Shown piece by piece: positions 40,146 through 50,800 of a DNA stretch of 64,000 nt. The translations under genes were made by a program, and so were the position numbers. The notes below the pieces were generated by a model. That model had not been told where the DNA came from. It saw only the letters and a list, made by a program, of their open reading frames with translations, and did no database searches. Numbering within the stretch: position 1 is the stretch's first letter; each line of letters starts with the position of its first letter. The stretch is from NCBI GenBank assembly GCA_963787175.1, contig CAWBCA010000013.1, forward strand, positions 394,008-458,007. Direction: 5' to 3'. Source of the stretch: an uncultured Acidobacteriota bacterium. GTDB taxonomy: Bacteria; Acidobacteriota; Vicinamibacteria; Vicinamibacterales; 2-12-FULL-66-21.

Positions 40146-40217
40146 CGACACTGGCCGCATCGCCCCGACTTCAGCAGAACCGCTTGCTGCATGCACTTCG
40201 GCGTAGACTGTGTGGTC

Positions 40218-41969
40218 ATGAACCAGGCTGGGCGTAACGAACGCTGGCGGGCGGTGTGGGCGATCGTGCTGGTAGCCGCCGGAAGCGTGGCGGCAGCGGG
40301 ACAATACCGCACGCTGGACGATCGATTCCCCCCGCCGGCGGTCACGACGCGCGAGGCGTGGGCACAGCGGGCCGGGGAGCTGCGCCAGCACGTGCTGGCG
40401 TCCGCCGGGCTCCTGCCCCTGCCCGACAAGACGCCGCTCGCGCCGGTCGTGTTCGGTGAGACAGGGCGCAAGGACTACCGCGTCTCGAAGGTGTACTTCG
40501 AGAGCCTTCCGGGCTTCTTCGTCACGGGCAATCTCTATCGTCCTCCAGGGGAAGGGCCGTTTCCTGCCATCCTCTCCCCGCACGGGCACTGGGCCTACGG
40601 CCGGCTGGAAAACTCCGACACCGCCTCCGTCCCGGGCCGTGCGATCAATCTTGCCCGGCAGGGATTTGTCGTCTTCACCTACGACGCCATCGGCTACAAC
40701 GACAGCCGGCAGCTGACGCACACGTTCGACGGCAAGCGCGAGCGATTGTGGGGACTGACCCTCGCCGGGCTCCAGCTCTGGAACAGCATCCGTGCGCTCG
40801 ACTTCCTCGAGACGCTCCCTTACGTGCGTCGCGACGCCATCGGCGCGACCGGCGCATCCGGCGGCGGCACCCAGACATTCCTGCTGGCTGCGGTCGACGA
40901 CCGCGTGCGGGTCGCTGCCCCGGTCAACATGATTTCCCTTCAGATGCAGGGGGGCTGCCTGTGCGAGAACCTGCCCGGCCTGCGGCTGGATACGACCAAC
41001 GTCGAGATCGCGGCGACGATGGCGCCGCGTCCGCTCTTGATGGTATCCGCGACGGGCGACTGGACGCGCGACACGATGACGTCGGAGTATCCGGCGGTCC
41101 GCCGGATTTACGGGCTGCTCGGCGCCGAGGCCAACGTGCACGGCGTGCAGTTCCAGGCTCCCCACAACTACAACCGGGACAGCCGCGAGGCCGTCTACGC
41201 GTGGATGGCGCGCTGGCTCCAGCAGGCTCCCGCCGACGTGAAGCGGCCGGAGACAGCCTTTTCGCCGGATCCCCTCGCGGACCTGCTGGTGTTCCACCAG
41301 CGAGCCCTGCCGACGAACGCCGTCACACAAACGGAATTGACAGAGGGCTGGATTGGCGCGGCGAAACGACAGCTTGCAGCCGGGAACCGGCCGGCGTTCG
41401 AGGCGGCCCTGCGCCACGCGCTCGGCTTCGGCGCGGTGCCGCCGGCGCCAGCCGGGCGGACCGCGCCTAGCCGCACGGTCCTCCTTGCCTCGGCCGACGA
41501 CGAGCTCGAGCGGCGGGTGCGGCGCGCCGGCCTCCAGGTCCGCCGCATCACCTTCACGCCGTTCGATGCGACCGCTGCCGGAAAGGTGAACCACTTCGAG
41601 ACATACAACCGCACGCCGGCCAGCCAGCGCGTTGCGGACATCGTCGCGGCCGCCCGTGAGTCGCCGGGGTCGATGCTGGTGGCCGACGGCAGCGACGCGC
41701 TTGCCGGCCTGCTGGCGAGCGCGGTGGCACCGCTTTCACGATCCATCCTGGGCGTCGGCGACCTCGACACCTCGAGCGACGCCATGTTCCTCGATCGCCT
41801 GTACATCCCCGGCCTGCGACGGGCTGGGGACTTGCTGACCGCCTCGTCGATGGCGGCGGGCCGGGTGGTCATCCACGACGCCGGGAAGCGTTTCGACCTT
41901 CCGGGAATCGACGTCGAGAGGCGCAGGCTTGCACCGTCCGAGATCGTGGACGCCTTGAGGCGCAAGTGA
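40218..41969 (+). CDS. Secreted alpha/beta hydrolase (acetyl-xylan-esterase/dienelactone-hydrolase-like) with an extra C-terminal domain
   Basis: Signal/TM segment WRAVWAIVLVAAGSVAAAG. Nucleophile elbow GATGASGGG. YRPPGEGPFPAILSPHGH. Alternative ATG at 40191. Confidence 0.6.
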   Translation: MNQAGRNERWRAVWAIVLVAAGSVAAAGQYRTLDDRFPPPAVTTREAWAQRAGELRQHVLASAGLLPLPDKTPLAPVVFGETGRKDYRVSKVYFESLPGFFVTGNLYRPPGEGPFPAILSPHGHWAYGRLENSDTASVPGRAINLARQGFVVFTYDAIGYNDSRQLTHTFDGKRERLWGLTLAGLQLWNSIRALDFLETLPYVRRDAIGATGASGGGTQTFLLAAVDDRVRVAAPVNMISLQMQGGCLCENLPGLRLDTTNVEIAATMAPRPLLMVSATGDWTRDTMTSEYPAVRRIYGLLGAEANVHGVQFQAPHNYNRDSREAVYAWMARWLQQAPADVKRPETAFSPDPLADLLVFHQRALPTNAVTQTELTEGWIGAAKRQLAAGNRPAFEAALRHALGFGAVPPAPAGRTAPSRTVLLASADDELERRVRRAGLQVRRITFTPFDATAAGKVNHFETYNRTPASQRVADIVAAARESPGSMLVADGSDALAGLLASAVAPLSRSILGVGDLDTSSDAMFLDRLYIPGLRRAGDLLTASSMAAGRVVIHDAGKRFDLPGIDVERRRLAPSEIVDALRRK

Positions 41970-42094
41970 CTCGCCCGTGGGCGGAACCGGGTTCTCGTGA
42001 CGCGCGGGATGCGGCCTGATGGCCGCCCATCCGTCTGTACCGGCGGTTGGCGCACGGCGGCGTTCGCGCGCCGATTCGGCGCGTCCCACGGTAG

Positions 42095-42490
42095 GTGCCG
42101 AGCGATGTGCCGGTGGCGCCCTGGGAGCGCGAGGTGAGTGAGCTGAACTGGCGCTTCATCGCGCTGGCGCTGACCGTGCCGCCCGTTGTGGCCCTGCTGA
42201 TCGCATCCGCCTTCTGGTGGAAGGGCTGGATGACGTTCGGGAACATCGTCGCCGCCGGAGTGGTGTTCGCCGCCTCCATCGGCCTGATCCTGACGGAGCA
42301 CGTGGAGCTCGATCGCCTGACACAGGAGTGTCTGGAGGCCGGCACGCCATGCTTTCCGCAGCCGAGCGCCTTCACCCGGTTCGCGATCTATGCGTTCATC
42401 GCGCTGCTGGAGGTGATTGCGCTGTTCTGCCTGAGCCTCGTGGTGGAAGGTCGGATGCGCCGGCGCCAGTATGCGCCCGAGTGGCGATGA
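42095..42490 (+). CDS. Hypothetical small membrane protein (3-4 TM); start uncertain
   Basis: Hydrophobic segments FIALALTVPPVVALLIASAFWW, IVAAGVVFAASIGLIL and FAIYAFIALLEVIALFCLSLVV. No family recognised. Confidence 0.4.
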   Translation: MPSDVPVAPWEREVSELNWRFIALALTVPPVVALLIASAFWWKGWMTFGNIVAAGVVFAASIGLILTEHVELDRLTQECLEAGTPCFPQPSAFTRFAIYAFIALLEVIALFCLSLVVEGRMRRRQYAPEWR

Positions 42491-42491
42491 C

Positions 42492-43904
42492 ATGATGCGA
42501 TCCGGACTGCGCCTGCTGCTCGTGGCCGCCGCACTCGGCGGAGCCCTGCCCGCCGCTCAGGAGGGCGGCCCCTCGATGACCCAGCTCCGCCTGATGACGC
42601 TCGATCCCGGGCACTTCCATGCCGCGCTCGTCCAGAAGGAGATGTACCCGGAGGTCGCGCCGCGGGTGGACGTGTTCGCGCCGCTGGGCCCCGATCTCCT
42701 CGAGCACCTCGGTCGCATCGCCGCCTACAACCGCCGGGCCGCGGAGCCCACGGCCTGGCAGATGGAGGTGCACACCAGCCCCGACTACTTCGAGCGGATG
42801 CTGCGCGAGCGTCCGGGCAACGTCGTCGTGCTGTCGGGCCGGAATCGCGTGAAAATCGATCGGATTGCCGCCTCGGTCGGCGCCGGCCTCAACGTGCTCG
42901 GCGACAAGCCGTGGATTCTGAAGTCCGACGACCTCGCGAAGCTGGCGGCGGCCCTCGCGGATGCCGACAGCCGCGGCGTCGTGGCCTACGACATCATGAC
43001 GGAGCGGTTCGAGATCACGTCGATCGTCCAGCGGGCGCTCGTGAACGACCCCGCGACGTTCGGCACGATCGTGCCGGGGACCGCGGCCGATCCCGCCGTC
43101 TACATGGAGAGCGTCCACTACCTGATGAAAACGGTGTCGGGCGCCCCCAACATCCGTCCAGCGTGGTTCTTCGACACGGCGGAGCAGGGTGAAGGGCTGA
43201 ACGACATCGGCACGCACCTCGTCGATCTCGTCCAGTGGACGCTCTTTCCCGACCAGGCCGTCGACTACCGGACCGATGTCGAGGTCATCGCGGCGCAGCG
43301 CTGGCCGACGGCAATCACGCGGCAGGATTTCCAGCGGGTGACCCGCGAGCCCCGGTTTCCCGACAGCCTGGCTTCCGCCGTGAAGGGGGACGCGCTCGAG
43401 TACTTCTGCAACACCCTGGTGACGTACGCGCTGCGGGGGATTCACACCACGTTGAACGTGATCTGGGACTGGGAGCCGCCCGCCGGATCCGGAGATACGC
43501 ATTTCGCGTTCTACCGCGGGACCCGGGCGCGGGTCGAGGTGCGCCAGGGACCGGCCGACAAGTTCCGCCCGGAGCTGTACGTGATCCCCGCGGCCGGCGT
43601 GGACAGGACCGAGCTGCGCGCCGCCGTGCAGGGGACGATCGCAAAGCTGCTGGCCCGGTATCCCGGGCTGACGGTCGAGGATCGCGGGCCAGAGATCCAC
43701 GTGGCCATTCCGGATGCCCTCCGCGTCGGACACGAGGCGCACTTCGCACAGGTCACCGCCAACTTTCTGCGATATCTTCGGGACCGGAAGGGGCTCCCCG
43801 CCTGGGAACGCCCCAACATGCTGGCGAAGTACTACGTGACCACGAAAGGCACGGAGATGAGCCGCCTCGGCACGTCGAAGCCGGCGCCTCGCATCGCGCG
43901 GTAA
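42492..43904 (+). CDS. Secreted putative oxidoreductase (family with the 'putative oxidoreductase C-terminal domain', Gfo/Idh/MocA-related)
   Basis: Signal peptide [17 protein letters not shown], then [16 protein letters not shown], typical of this poorly characterised family. Assignment is from memory only. Confidence 0.5.
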   Translation: MMRSGLRLLLVAAALGGALPAAQEGGPSMTQLRLMTLDPGHFHAALVQKEMYPEVAPRVDVFAPLGPDLLEHLGRIAAYNRRAAEPTAWQMEVHTSPDYFERMLRERPGNVVVLSGRNRVKIDRIAASVGAGLNVLGDKPWILKSDDLAKLAAALADADSRGVVAYDIMTERFEITSIVQRALVNDPATFGTIVPGTAADPAVYMESVHYLMKTVSGAPNIRPAWFFDTAEQGEGLNDIGTHLVDLVQWTLFPDQAVDYRTDVEVIAAQRWPTAITRQDFQRVTREPRFPDSLASAVKGDALEYFCNTLVTYALRGIHTTLNVIWDWEPPAGSGDTHFAFYRGTRARVEVRQGPADKFRPELYVIPAAGVDRTELRAAVQGTIAKLLARYPGLTVEDRGPEIHVAIPDALRVGHEAHFAQVTANFLRYLRDRKGLPAWERPNMLAKYYVTTKGTEMSRLGTSKPAPRIAR

Positions 43905-43945
43905 CCGCACCGTATGGTGACCGAAGAATCCTCGGGGTCTTCAGC

Positions 43946-44716
43946 GTGAACGTCAAGACCTACGCCGACCGGGACGCGATGAGTCGAGCGGCGGCCGCGC
44001 ATGCGGCGCAGGCCCTGCGGCGCGCGATCGACACCAGGGGCGGCGCCCGGATCATCGTCGCGACCGGTGCGTCACAGCTCGCGTTCATCGACGCGCTGAC
44101 CCATGCGTCCGGCATCGACTGGGCCAGGGTCGAACTGTTCCACCTCGACGAGTACATCGGCCTGCCGGTCGAGCATCCAGCCAGTTTTCGCAACTACCTG
44201 CTCGAACGATTCATCGGCAGAACGGGGATCTCCCGCTATCATTTTCTCGACTGCGAGCGCAATGCTCTGTCCGTCGCGGACCGCGTCGGACGTGAGATCG
44301 CGCAGGCGCCTGTCGACGTGGCGTTCGTCGGCATCGGCGAGAACGGCCACCTGGCCTTCAACGATCCTCCCGCCGATTTCGAAACCGACCAGCCGTACAT
44401 CCTCGTGACGCTCGATGCGGCGTGCCGTCGCCAGCAGGTCGGCGAAGGCTGGTTCGCCTCGCTGGAGGAGGTCCCGCCGCAGGCGCTCTCCATGTCAGTG
44501 CGTCAGATCATGAGGTCCCGGGAGATCATCTGCGTGGTGCCGGACGCGCGCAAGGCGGAGGCGGTGAAAGCCTCGGTAGAAGGCGAGGTGACGCCGATGG
44601 CGCCTGCGTCGATCCTGCAAAGGCATCCCGACGCGACGCTCTACCTGGATGCGGAGTCGGCCTCGCTGCTGAAGCCGGCCACCAGGGGCGTCATCCTCGC
44701 GGGCGACGACGCTTGA
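43946..44716 (+). CDS. nagB: Glucosamine-6-phosphate deaminase/isomerase family (GTG start)
   Basis: [25 protein letters not shown] and [21 protein letters not shown]. Confidence 0.85.
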   Translation: MNVKTYADRDAMSRAAAAHAAQALRRAIDTRGGARIIVATGASQLAFIDALTHASGIDWARVELFHLDEYIGLPVEHPASFRNYLLERFIGRTGISRYHFLDCERNALSVADRVGREIAQAPVDVAFVGIGENGHLAFNDPPADFETDQPYILVTLDAACRRQQVGEGWFASLEEVPPQALSMSVRQIMRSREIICVVPDARKAEAVKASVEGEVTPMAPASILQRHPDATLYLDAESASLLKPATRGVILAGDDA

Positions 44717-45687
44717 AACTGGAGTATCCGGGCCTGTTCGACCTGCAGGTGAACGGGTTCGGGGGCGTTGACTTCAACGCGCCCGGCCTGACGCGGGAGC
44801 GCCTGGCGGACGCGCTGGTTCTGATTCGCGCAACGGGAGTCACCCGTTGCCTGCCGACCCTCATCACCTCGACGCTGGAGCAGTTCGCCCGCAACGCGCG
44901 CGTCATCTCCCGTGCGGGGGACCCGATGATTGCCGGGATCCACATGGAGGGGCCGTACCTGTCGGCGGAGGACGGGCCGCGGGGCGCCCATCCGCTCGAG
45001 CACGTGATCGGCGCGAGCACAGACGACTTCGACAGGCGCCAGGAGGCGGCCGACGGGCGGATCGTCCTCGTGACCCTCGCGCCGGAGGTGCCTGGCGCCC
45101 TCAGGCTGGTCGAGCACCTCGTGTCCGGCGGCGTGCGGGTCTCGATCGGACACACAGCCGCGACAGCCGGCGAGATCGGGGATGCCATCGCGGCGGGTGC
45201 GACGCTCGCGACGCACCTGGGCAACGGATGCGCGCAACTGCTGCCGAGGCATCCGAACGCGATATGGACGTTGCTGGCTGCCGACGACGTGGCCGCCAGT
45301 CTGATCGTCGACGGTCACCACCTCCCGCCGGATACGGTCAAGGCCATGGTCCGCGCGAAGGGTGCCGGCCGATCCATCCTGGTCACCGACGCCAGCGCCG
45401 CCGCCGGAAGTCCGCCCGGTCGCTACACGATCGGAGGCGTCCTGTCCGAGTCCTCGGAGGACGGACGCGTCTCGCTCCCCGGGACGCCTTACCTGGCCGG
45501 TTCAGCGCTGACGCTCACCGCCGCCGTGGCCAACACGGTTCGGTTCACCGGTCTTCCCCTCGCCTCGGTTCTTCCGATGGCGTCCACCATCCCTGCGGGC
45601 CTGATGGGCCTGGAAACGTGCGGGACGGTCCAGGCCGAGTGGGACGAGAGCGCGGGCACCCTGAACGTGCGGACCGTGGTGGGGTGA
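44713..45687 (+). CDS. nagA: N-acetylglucosamine-6-phosphate deacetylase-like amidohydrolase (TTG start overlapping the nagB TGA)
   Basis: [40 protein letters not shown] and VTDA motifs. Confidence 0.8.
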   Translation: MKLEYPGLFDLQVNGFGGVDFNAPGLTRERLADALVLIRATGVTRCLPTLITSTLEQFARNARVISRAGDPMIAGIHMEGPYLSAEDGPRGAHPLEHVIGASTDDFDRRQEAADGRIVLVTLAPEVPGALRLVEHLVSGGVRVSIGHTAATAGEIGDAIAAGATLATHLGNGCAQLLPRHPNAIWTLLAADDVAASLIVDGHHLPPDTVKAMVRAKGAGRSILVTDASAAAGSPPGRYTIGGVLSESSEDGRVSLPGTPYLAGSALTLTAAVANTVRFTGLPLASVLPMASTIPAGLMGLETCGTVQAEWDESAGTLNVRTVVG

Positions 45688-45726
45688 GAGACCCGAGGTC
45701 AGGGGAAGGCTGGGCACACGGAGGAT

Positions 45727-45752
45727 GGCAAAGGGCAAAGGGTAAAGGGCAC
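45727..45752. repeat. Short heptamer array GGCAAAG GGCAAAG GGTAAAG GGCAC in the nagA/ybjQ convergent gap
   Basis: Read directly. Flanked by GGATGGCA / AGATGGCA direct repeats. Confidence 0.7.
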
Positions 45753-45831
45753 ATGGAAGATGGCATGAGGGGCCGTGACCACATCGCAAGGAACACCGCG
45801 GCCCGGTCAACCGGGCCGGCAGGGTGCCAGG

Positions 45832-46149
45832 TCAGCAGACGACCGCGGTGCCGCTGACGGAGACCATCAGCATGCCGTTGTTCTGGCCGAGCACTTCGTA
45901 GTCCAGATCGATGCCGATGACACCTGTTGCGCCAAGCTCCTGCGCCTTCTTCTGCATCTCGGCCATCGCAATCTCCCGCGCTTCCGACAGGCCGCGCTCG
46001 TAGGTCGCCGACCGGCCCCCGACAACGTCGCGGACGACCGCGAACATGTCGCGGAAAACGTTGGCGCCGATGATTGCCTCTCCGGTTACGATGCCCAGGT
46101 ACCTGGTGACGGGCTGGCCTTCGACGACGGACGTGGTGGTCATCAACAT
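45832..46149 (-). CDS. YbjQ/UPF0145 family protein
   Basis: [77 protein letters not shown] Shine-Dalgarno upstream. Confidence 0.85.
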   Translation of the reverse strand: MLMTTTSVVEGQPVTRYLGIVTGEAIIGANVFRDMFAVVRDVVGGRSATYERGLSEAREIAMAEMQKKAQELGATGVIGIDLDYEVLGQNNGMLMVSVSGTAVVC

Positions 46150-46207
46150 AGCTGCGGATCCTCCTGGATGTGCGTGCTCCGGCAGCGCCGGTGCGCATCG
46201 CCACGTG

Positions 46208-46213
46208 ATTATA
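46208..46213 (-). promoter_or_regulatory. Perfect -10 TATAAT (minus strand) about 52 nt upstream of ybjQ
   Basis: Plus strand ATTATA at 46208-46213. Intergenic and correctly oriented. No good -35. Confidence 0.35.
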
Positions 46214-46367
46214 CGGAGCAGCGCGCCGCGTGTTCTCCGCCACGGTGCCGACCGCGTCGCAGGCTCACGAGACGTCGAGCAGCGGTCTGAATAGAGACGC
46301 CATCCGCATGTGCCATCTAGCACCAACCCGTCGTCGGCCCCGCCTCCCGGGTGCCGGCAGGGGCGGA

Positions 46368-48684
46368 ATGAACATGCACGCGATCGTCAGCCTGGCGCCG
46401 GCCCTGATCCTGGCGGCTTCGCCTTCTGCGGCTCCCCAGGCGCCTGCCGTCGCCCAGCGAACGGCGGCGCCGGACGCCATCGAGCGCATCGTCTCCGGCG
46501 AGCTCTCGCCCCACTTCCCGCCCGCCCCGAAGTGGTTCGAGGATGGCCGGTCCTACCTGGTCACTGAGCCGGCGCGGGCAGGCGGGGCCGACGTCGTCAA
46601 GTACGACAGCGCCACCGGCCAGCGGCGCGAGGTGCTGATCACGGCAGCGCAGCTGACGCCGGCAGGGGCGCGGGTGCCACTCGAGATCGAGGACCTGAAG
46701 TGGTCGCGCGATCACAACCGGGTGCTCGTGTTCACCAACACCCGCCGGGTCTGGCGGACGAATTCCCGCGGGGACTACTGGCTGCTCGACAGGGCAACCG
46801 GCAAGCTCAGGAAAATCGGTGGCGAAGCGCCCGAGGCGAGCCTCATGTACGCCGCCTTCAGCCCGGACGCCGCCAGCGTGGCCTATGTGCTTCGCAACGA
46901 CATTCACGTCGAGGATGCCGCGAGCGGAGCCATCAGGCGCGTGACGCGCGACGGCTCGGAGCTGGTCATCAACGGCGGTCCGGACTGGGTCAACGAGGAG
47001 GAGCTCGACCTTCACGATTGCTTCCGCTGGAGCCCAGATGGACGCCGCATCGCCTTCTGGCAGTTCGACCTTCGCGGTGTCGGGAGCTTCCCGCTGCAGT
47101 ACCGGCTGGGGAAGCCGAAGGAGATCGTCACGGGCATACCGTACCCGGGGACCGGCCCGTACCCGGCCGCGATCAACGTGCCGTATCCGCTTGCCGGAAC
47201 GACCAATTCTGCCGTGCGCGCCGGGGTCGTCGACGCAGGCGGAGGGTCGGTCCGGTGGCTGCAGCTGCCGGGCGACGCCCGTGAGCATTACATCGCACGC
47301 CTCCAGTGGATCGACGCGCACACCGTGCTGATCCAGCAGCTCAACCGCCTGCAGAACACGGTCGCCTACCTGCTGGCGGACGCGCGCTCGGGGCAGGCGC
47401 ACGAGATGTGGCGGGACCACGACGACGCGTTCATCACCATCGGGTTCGGCGGCCTTCCGGAGGCCCGGCCGATCTCCGGAGGGTCCGCGATCCTCGCGCT
47501 GTCGGAGAAGGACGGGTGGATGCGCATCTACCGCGTCGCGCGCGACGGCGGCGAAACGCTCGTGACGCGCGGCAGCATGGACGCACTCGGCGTCGCCGGC
47601 GTGGACGAGAAGTCCGGCTGGGTGTACTTCATCGCGTCGCCGGAGAACGCGACGCAGCGCTAATTGTACAGGGCGCGCCTGGACGGCACGTCCGAACCGG
47701 CGCGGGTCACGCCCGGCCGGTTCGCCGGTACGAACAAGTACGACATCTCGCCCGACGCGAGGTTTGCCTTCCACAGCTTCTCGAGCTTCGACGATCCCGG
47801 CCTGCGGGAGATCGTCGCCCTTCCGGATCACACGGTGTTGCGGGTTGTTGGCGACGGCGCGGAGGCCAGGCGCAAGCTCGCGCCGATGCTCACGCCGCCA
47901 GTCGAGTTCTTCAAGGCGGACGCCGGGGAGGGAGTGACCGTGGACGGTTACCTGGTCAAGCCCACATCCTTCGATCCGTCGAAGAAGTACCCGGTCCTCG
48001 TCTATGTGTACGGAGAGCCGGCGGAGCAGACGGTCGCCGACAGCTGGGGCGGTCCGCCCGCCCTCTATCACCGGCATCTCGCGAGCCTCGGCTACCTGGT
48101 GGTCAGCTTCGACAACGCGGGCACGCCTGCCCCCCGAGGACGCGCCTGGCGCAAGGCCGTGTACGGCTCGGTCGGCGACCTGTCGTCCAGGCAGCAGGCA
48201 GCAGCGCTCCGATCGCTGGCCGGCAGCCGGCGGTTCGTCGACCTGGATCGCGTCGCTGTGTGGGGGTGGAGCGGCGGCGGCTCGAACACGCTCAACCTGC
48301 TGTTCCGGTTTCCGGAGCTGTACAAGGTGGGCATGGCGGTGGCACCAATGCCCGACCAGCGCCTGTACGACACAATTTACCAGGAGCGCTACATGGGTCT
48401 CCCGTCGCAGAACGCCGAGGGATACCGTCGAGGGTCGGCAATCAACTTCGCCGCGGGACTGAAGGGGAGATTTGCTCATCGTGCACGGATCGGGGGACGA
48501 CAACGTCCACTACCAGGCGACCGAGCTGCTCGTGAACCGCCTCATCGAGCTGGGCAAGCCCTTCGAGTTCATGACGTATCCGGACCGCACGCACGCCATC
48601 TCCGAAGGACCGGGAACCACCCTGCACCTTTTCAGGCTGCTGACGCGATACCTGACCGGGCACCTGCCCGCCGGGCCGCGCTGA
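46368..48684 (+). CDS. Dipeptidyl-peptidase IV / prolyl tripeptidyl peptidase (S9B), secreted; in-frame TAA at 47661-47663 and a frame break near 48470
   Basis: DPPIV_N propeller ([16 protein letters not shown]) plus S9 catalytic domain (GWSGGG nucleophile, ...[13 protein letters not shown]). The halves are ORFs 46230..47663, 47664.. and 48472..48684. Confidence 0.8.
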
Positions 48685-48686
48685 GC

Positions 48687-49724
48687 ATGCCGGTGACGGC
48701 CCGCGCTACACTACGCGGCATGAAGGCACGGACAGGTGTCGCGTCGCTGTCGGTTCTCGTCCTCTGGAGCGCCCCGCTGCAAGCCCAGCCGCAGCCGCCG
48801 GCCGCGCCCGCCGCCGTCGCGGCAGACCGTCAGCCCGGGCCCTACACTCCGGGACCGGACTCTCTCCCGCAGGAAGGTGTGCCCAAGGGCCGGCTCGAAG
48901 GTCCGCTGACGTTCAAGAGCGGCGTGCTGGCGGGAACGGTGCGGAGATACTGGATTTACGTGCCGGCGCAGTACACGCCGGACCGCCCGGCGAACGTGCT
49001 GGTGTTCCAGGACGGCCAGCGCGCCACCAACCCCGCCGGTCCGCTCCAGGTGCCGCAGGTCCTCGAGAACCTGGTTCACAAAAAGGACATACCGATCACC
49101 ATCGGGATCTTCATCACGCCGGGGCACCGCGCCGACACCTACCCCGACGATCTCGGCACGGGCAATCCGAACAACCGCGCAGCCGAGTACGACGCCCTCA
49201 GCGACGCCTACGCCCGCTTCATCGTGGAGGAGATGCTGCCGGAAGTCGGCAAGCGCTACAACCTCGCCACCGAGCCGGCGCGCCGCGCCATCGGCGGCAC
49301 GAGCAGCGGCGCCATCTGCGCCTTCACGGTCGCGTGGCATCGTCCCGATCAGTTTCGCAACGTGATCAGCATGATCGGCAGCTACACGTCGATCGGCTAC
49401 CGGCCGGCCAAGGACGGCGCCCCGATGGTGCCGGGCGGCGATCTGTATCCGACGATGATCAGGAAGACGCCGATCAAACCGATCAAGGTGTTCCTGCAGG
49501 ACGGGCGGAACGATCTCGACAACCAGCACGGCAACTGGTTCCTTGCGAACCAGCAGATGCTCGCTGCGCTCACGTTTGCGAACACGTCTGCCGACACCCA
49601 GAAGACGGCCGGCCCGCGCTACGAGGTCAGGCACGAGTGGGGCGAAGGAGGGCACTCGGACGCCCACGGCGGCGCGCTGCTGCCGGACATCCTGCGCTGG
49701 ATCTGGAGTGACGGGGGGAGATGA
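48687..49724 (+). CDS. Secreted esterase, 'putative esterase'/CE1-like family, paralogue 1 (alternative ATG at 48720)
   Basis: [26 protein letters not shown] and [11 protein letters not shown] (GxSxG), ending ...HEWGEGGHS. It lies hidden in the tail of ORF 47664..49724. Confidence 0.7.
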   Translation: MPVTARATLRGMKARTGVASLSVLVLWSAPLQAQPQPPAAPAAVAADRQPGPYTPGPDSLPQEGVPKGRLEGPLTFKSGVLAGTVRRYWIYVPAQYTPDRPANVLVFQDGQRATNPAGPLQVPQVLENLVHKKDIPITIGIFITPGHRADTYPDDLGTGNPNNRAAEYDALSDAYARFIVEEMLPEVGKRYNLATEPARRAIGGTSSGAICAFTVAWHRPDQFRNVISMIGSYTSIGYRPAKDGAPMVPGGDLYPTMIRKTPIKPIKVFLQDGRNDLDNQHGNWFLANQQMLAALTFANTSADTQKTAGPRYEVRHEWGEGGHSDAHGGALLPDILRWIWSDGGR

Positions 49725-49731
49725 GAAAGTG

Positions 49732-50719
49732 ATGTTCCTGACCCTGCTGGCCTCGCTGGCGCTCATGTTCGCCCAGGCCCCTCCCACCCCGAATACGGAC
49801 AGTCACTACCAGCTCGGGCCGGATTCGCTCGCGCGCGACGGTGTGCCGAAGGGTGAGGTCCGTGGACCGTTCACGCTGCCCAGCCAGGCCTACCCGGGAA
49901 CGCAGCACACGTACTGGGTGTACGTGCCGGCCCAGTACCGATCCTGGCGCACCGGCCAGCCTGATGATCTTCAACGACGGTCAGGCCTTCATGAACATGT
50001 CCGGCGACGCCCGGGCCCCGAACGTGCTCGACAACCTGATCTACCGGCGCGAGATCCCGGTGATGCTGGCGGTCTTCATCAACCCGGGCCGGCGGCCCGA
50101 CCAGCCCGAACCGACCCCGCAGGAGTGGGGCGATCGCACCACCAACCGGCCGACGGAATACAACACGCTCGACGACAAGTACGCGCGGGTGATTGTCGAT
50201 GAGCTGATGCCCGTGCTCTACAAGGAGTACAGCCTCTCGAAGGACCCCGAGCGGCACGGCATCGGCGGCGCGAGCAGCGGCGCGATCGCGGCATTCACCG
50301 TCGCATGGGAGCGCCCCGATCACTTCCGCAAGGTGCTCAGCATCGTCGGCAGCTTCGTGAACTTGCGGGGCGGCCACGCCTACAGCGACATCGTCCGGAA
50401 GAGCGAGCGCAAGCCGATTCGGATTTTCCTGCAGGACGGCCGCAACGACAATCGGGGGGTCGGGCGTGGCGGCGCATACGACGAGGCACGTGACTGGTTT
50501 GCACAGAACGTGCGGCTGATGCAGGCCCTGACGGACAAGGGGTACGACCTGAACTACACGTGGGGAATCGGCCGCCACGGCCAGAAGCAGGGAGGAGCCA
50601 TCCTGCCGGACATGATGCGCTGGCTGTGGCGCGACCATCCCGTTTCGACGGACGTCAACGATGCCGTGGAGCGTTCCTTCAACGCAGGCCCGGGCGCCGC
50701 GAAGACGGGCGGCTCCTGA
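49732..50719 (+). CDS. Secreted esterase, same family, paralogue 2; one frame break near 49945
   Basis: [11 protein letters not shown] / [10 protein letters not shown] and [11 protein letters not shown], then [11 protein letters not shown]. Confidence 0.7.
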
Positions 50720-50800
50720 TCGGCCCCGCACACGGCTGGATTCCCGACCAACGGCGCCGCCAGGCAGGCGGACATTTCACCGGTTCGGAGGAAGAGGGCG

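Noticed and set aside
45800-45817. Hairpin GGCCCGG-TCAA-CCGGGCC downstream of ybjQ as a terminator
   Set aside because: The 7-bp stem is real, but it is followed by only a weak, interrupted U stretch on the minus strand and by none on the plus strand. I kept it as a note and not as a feature.
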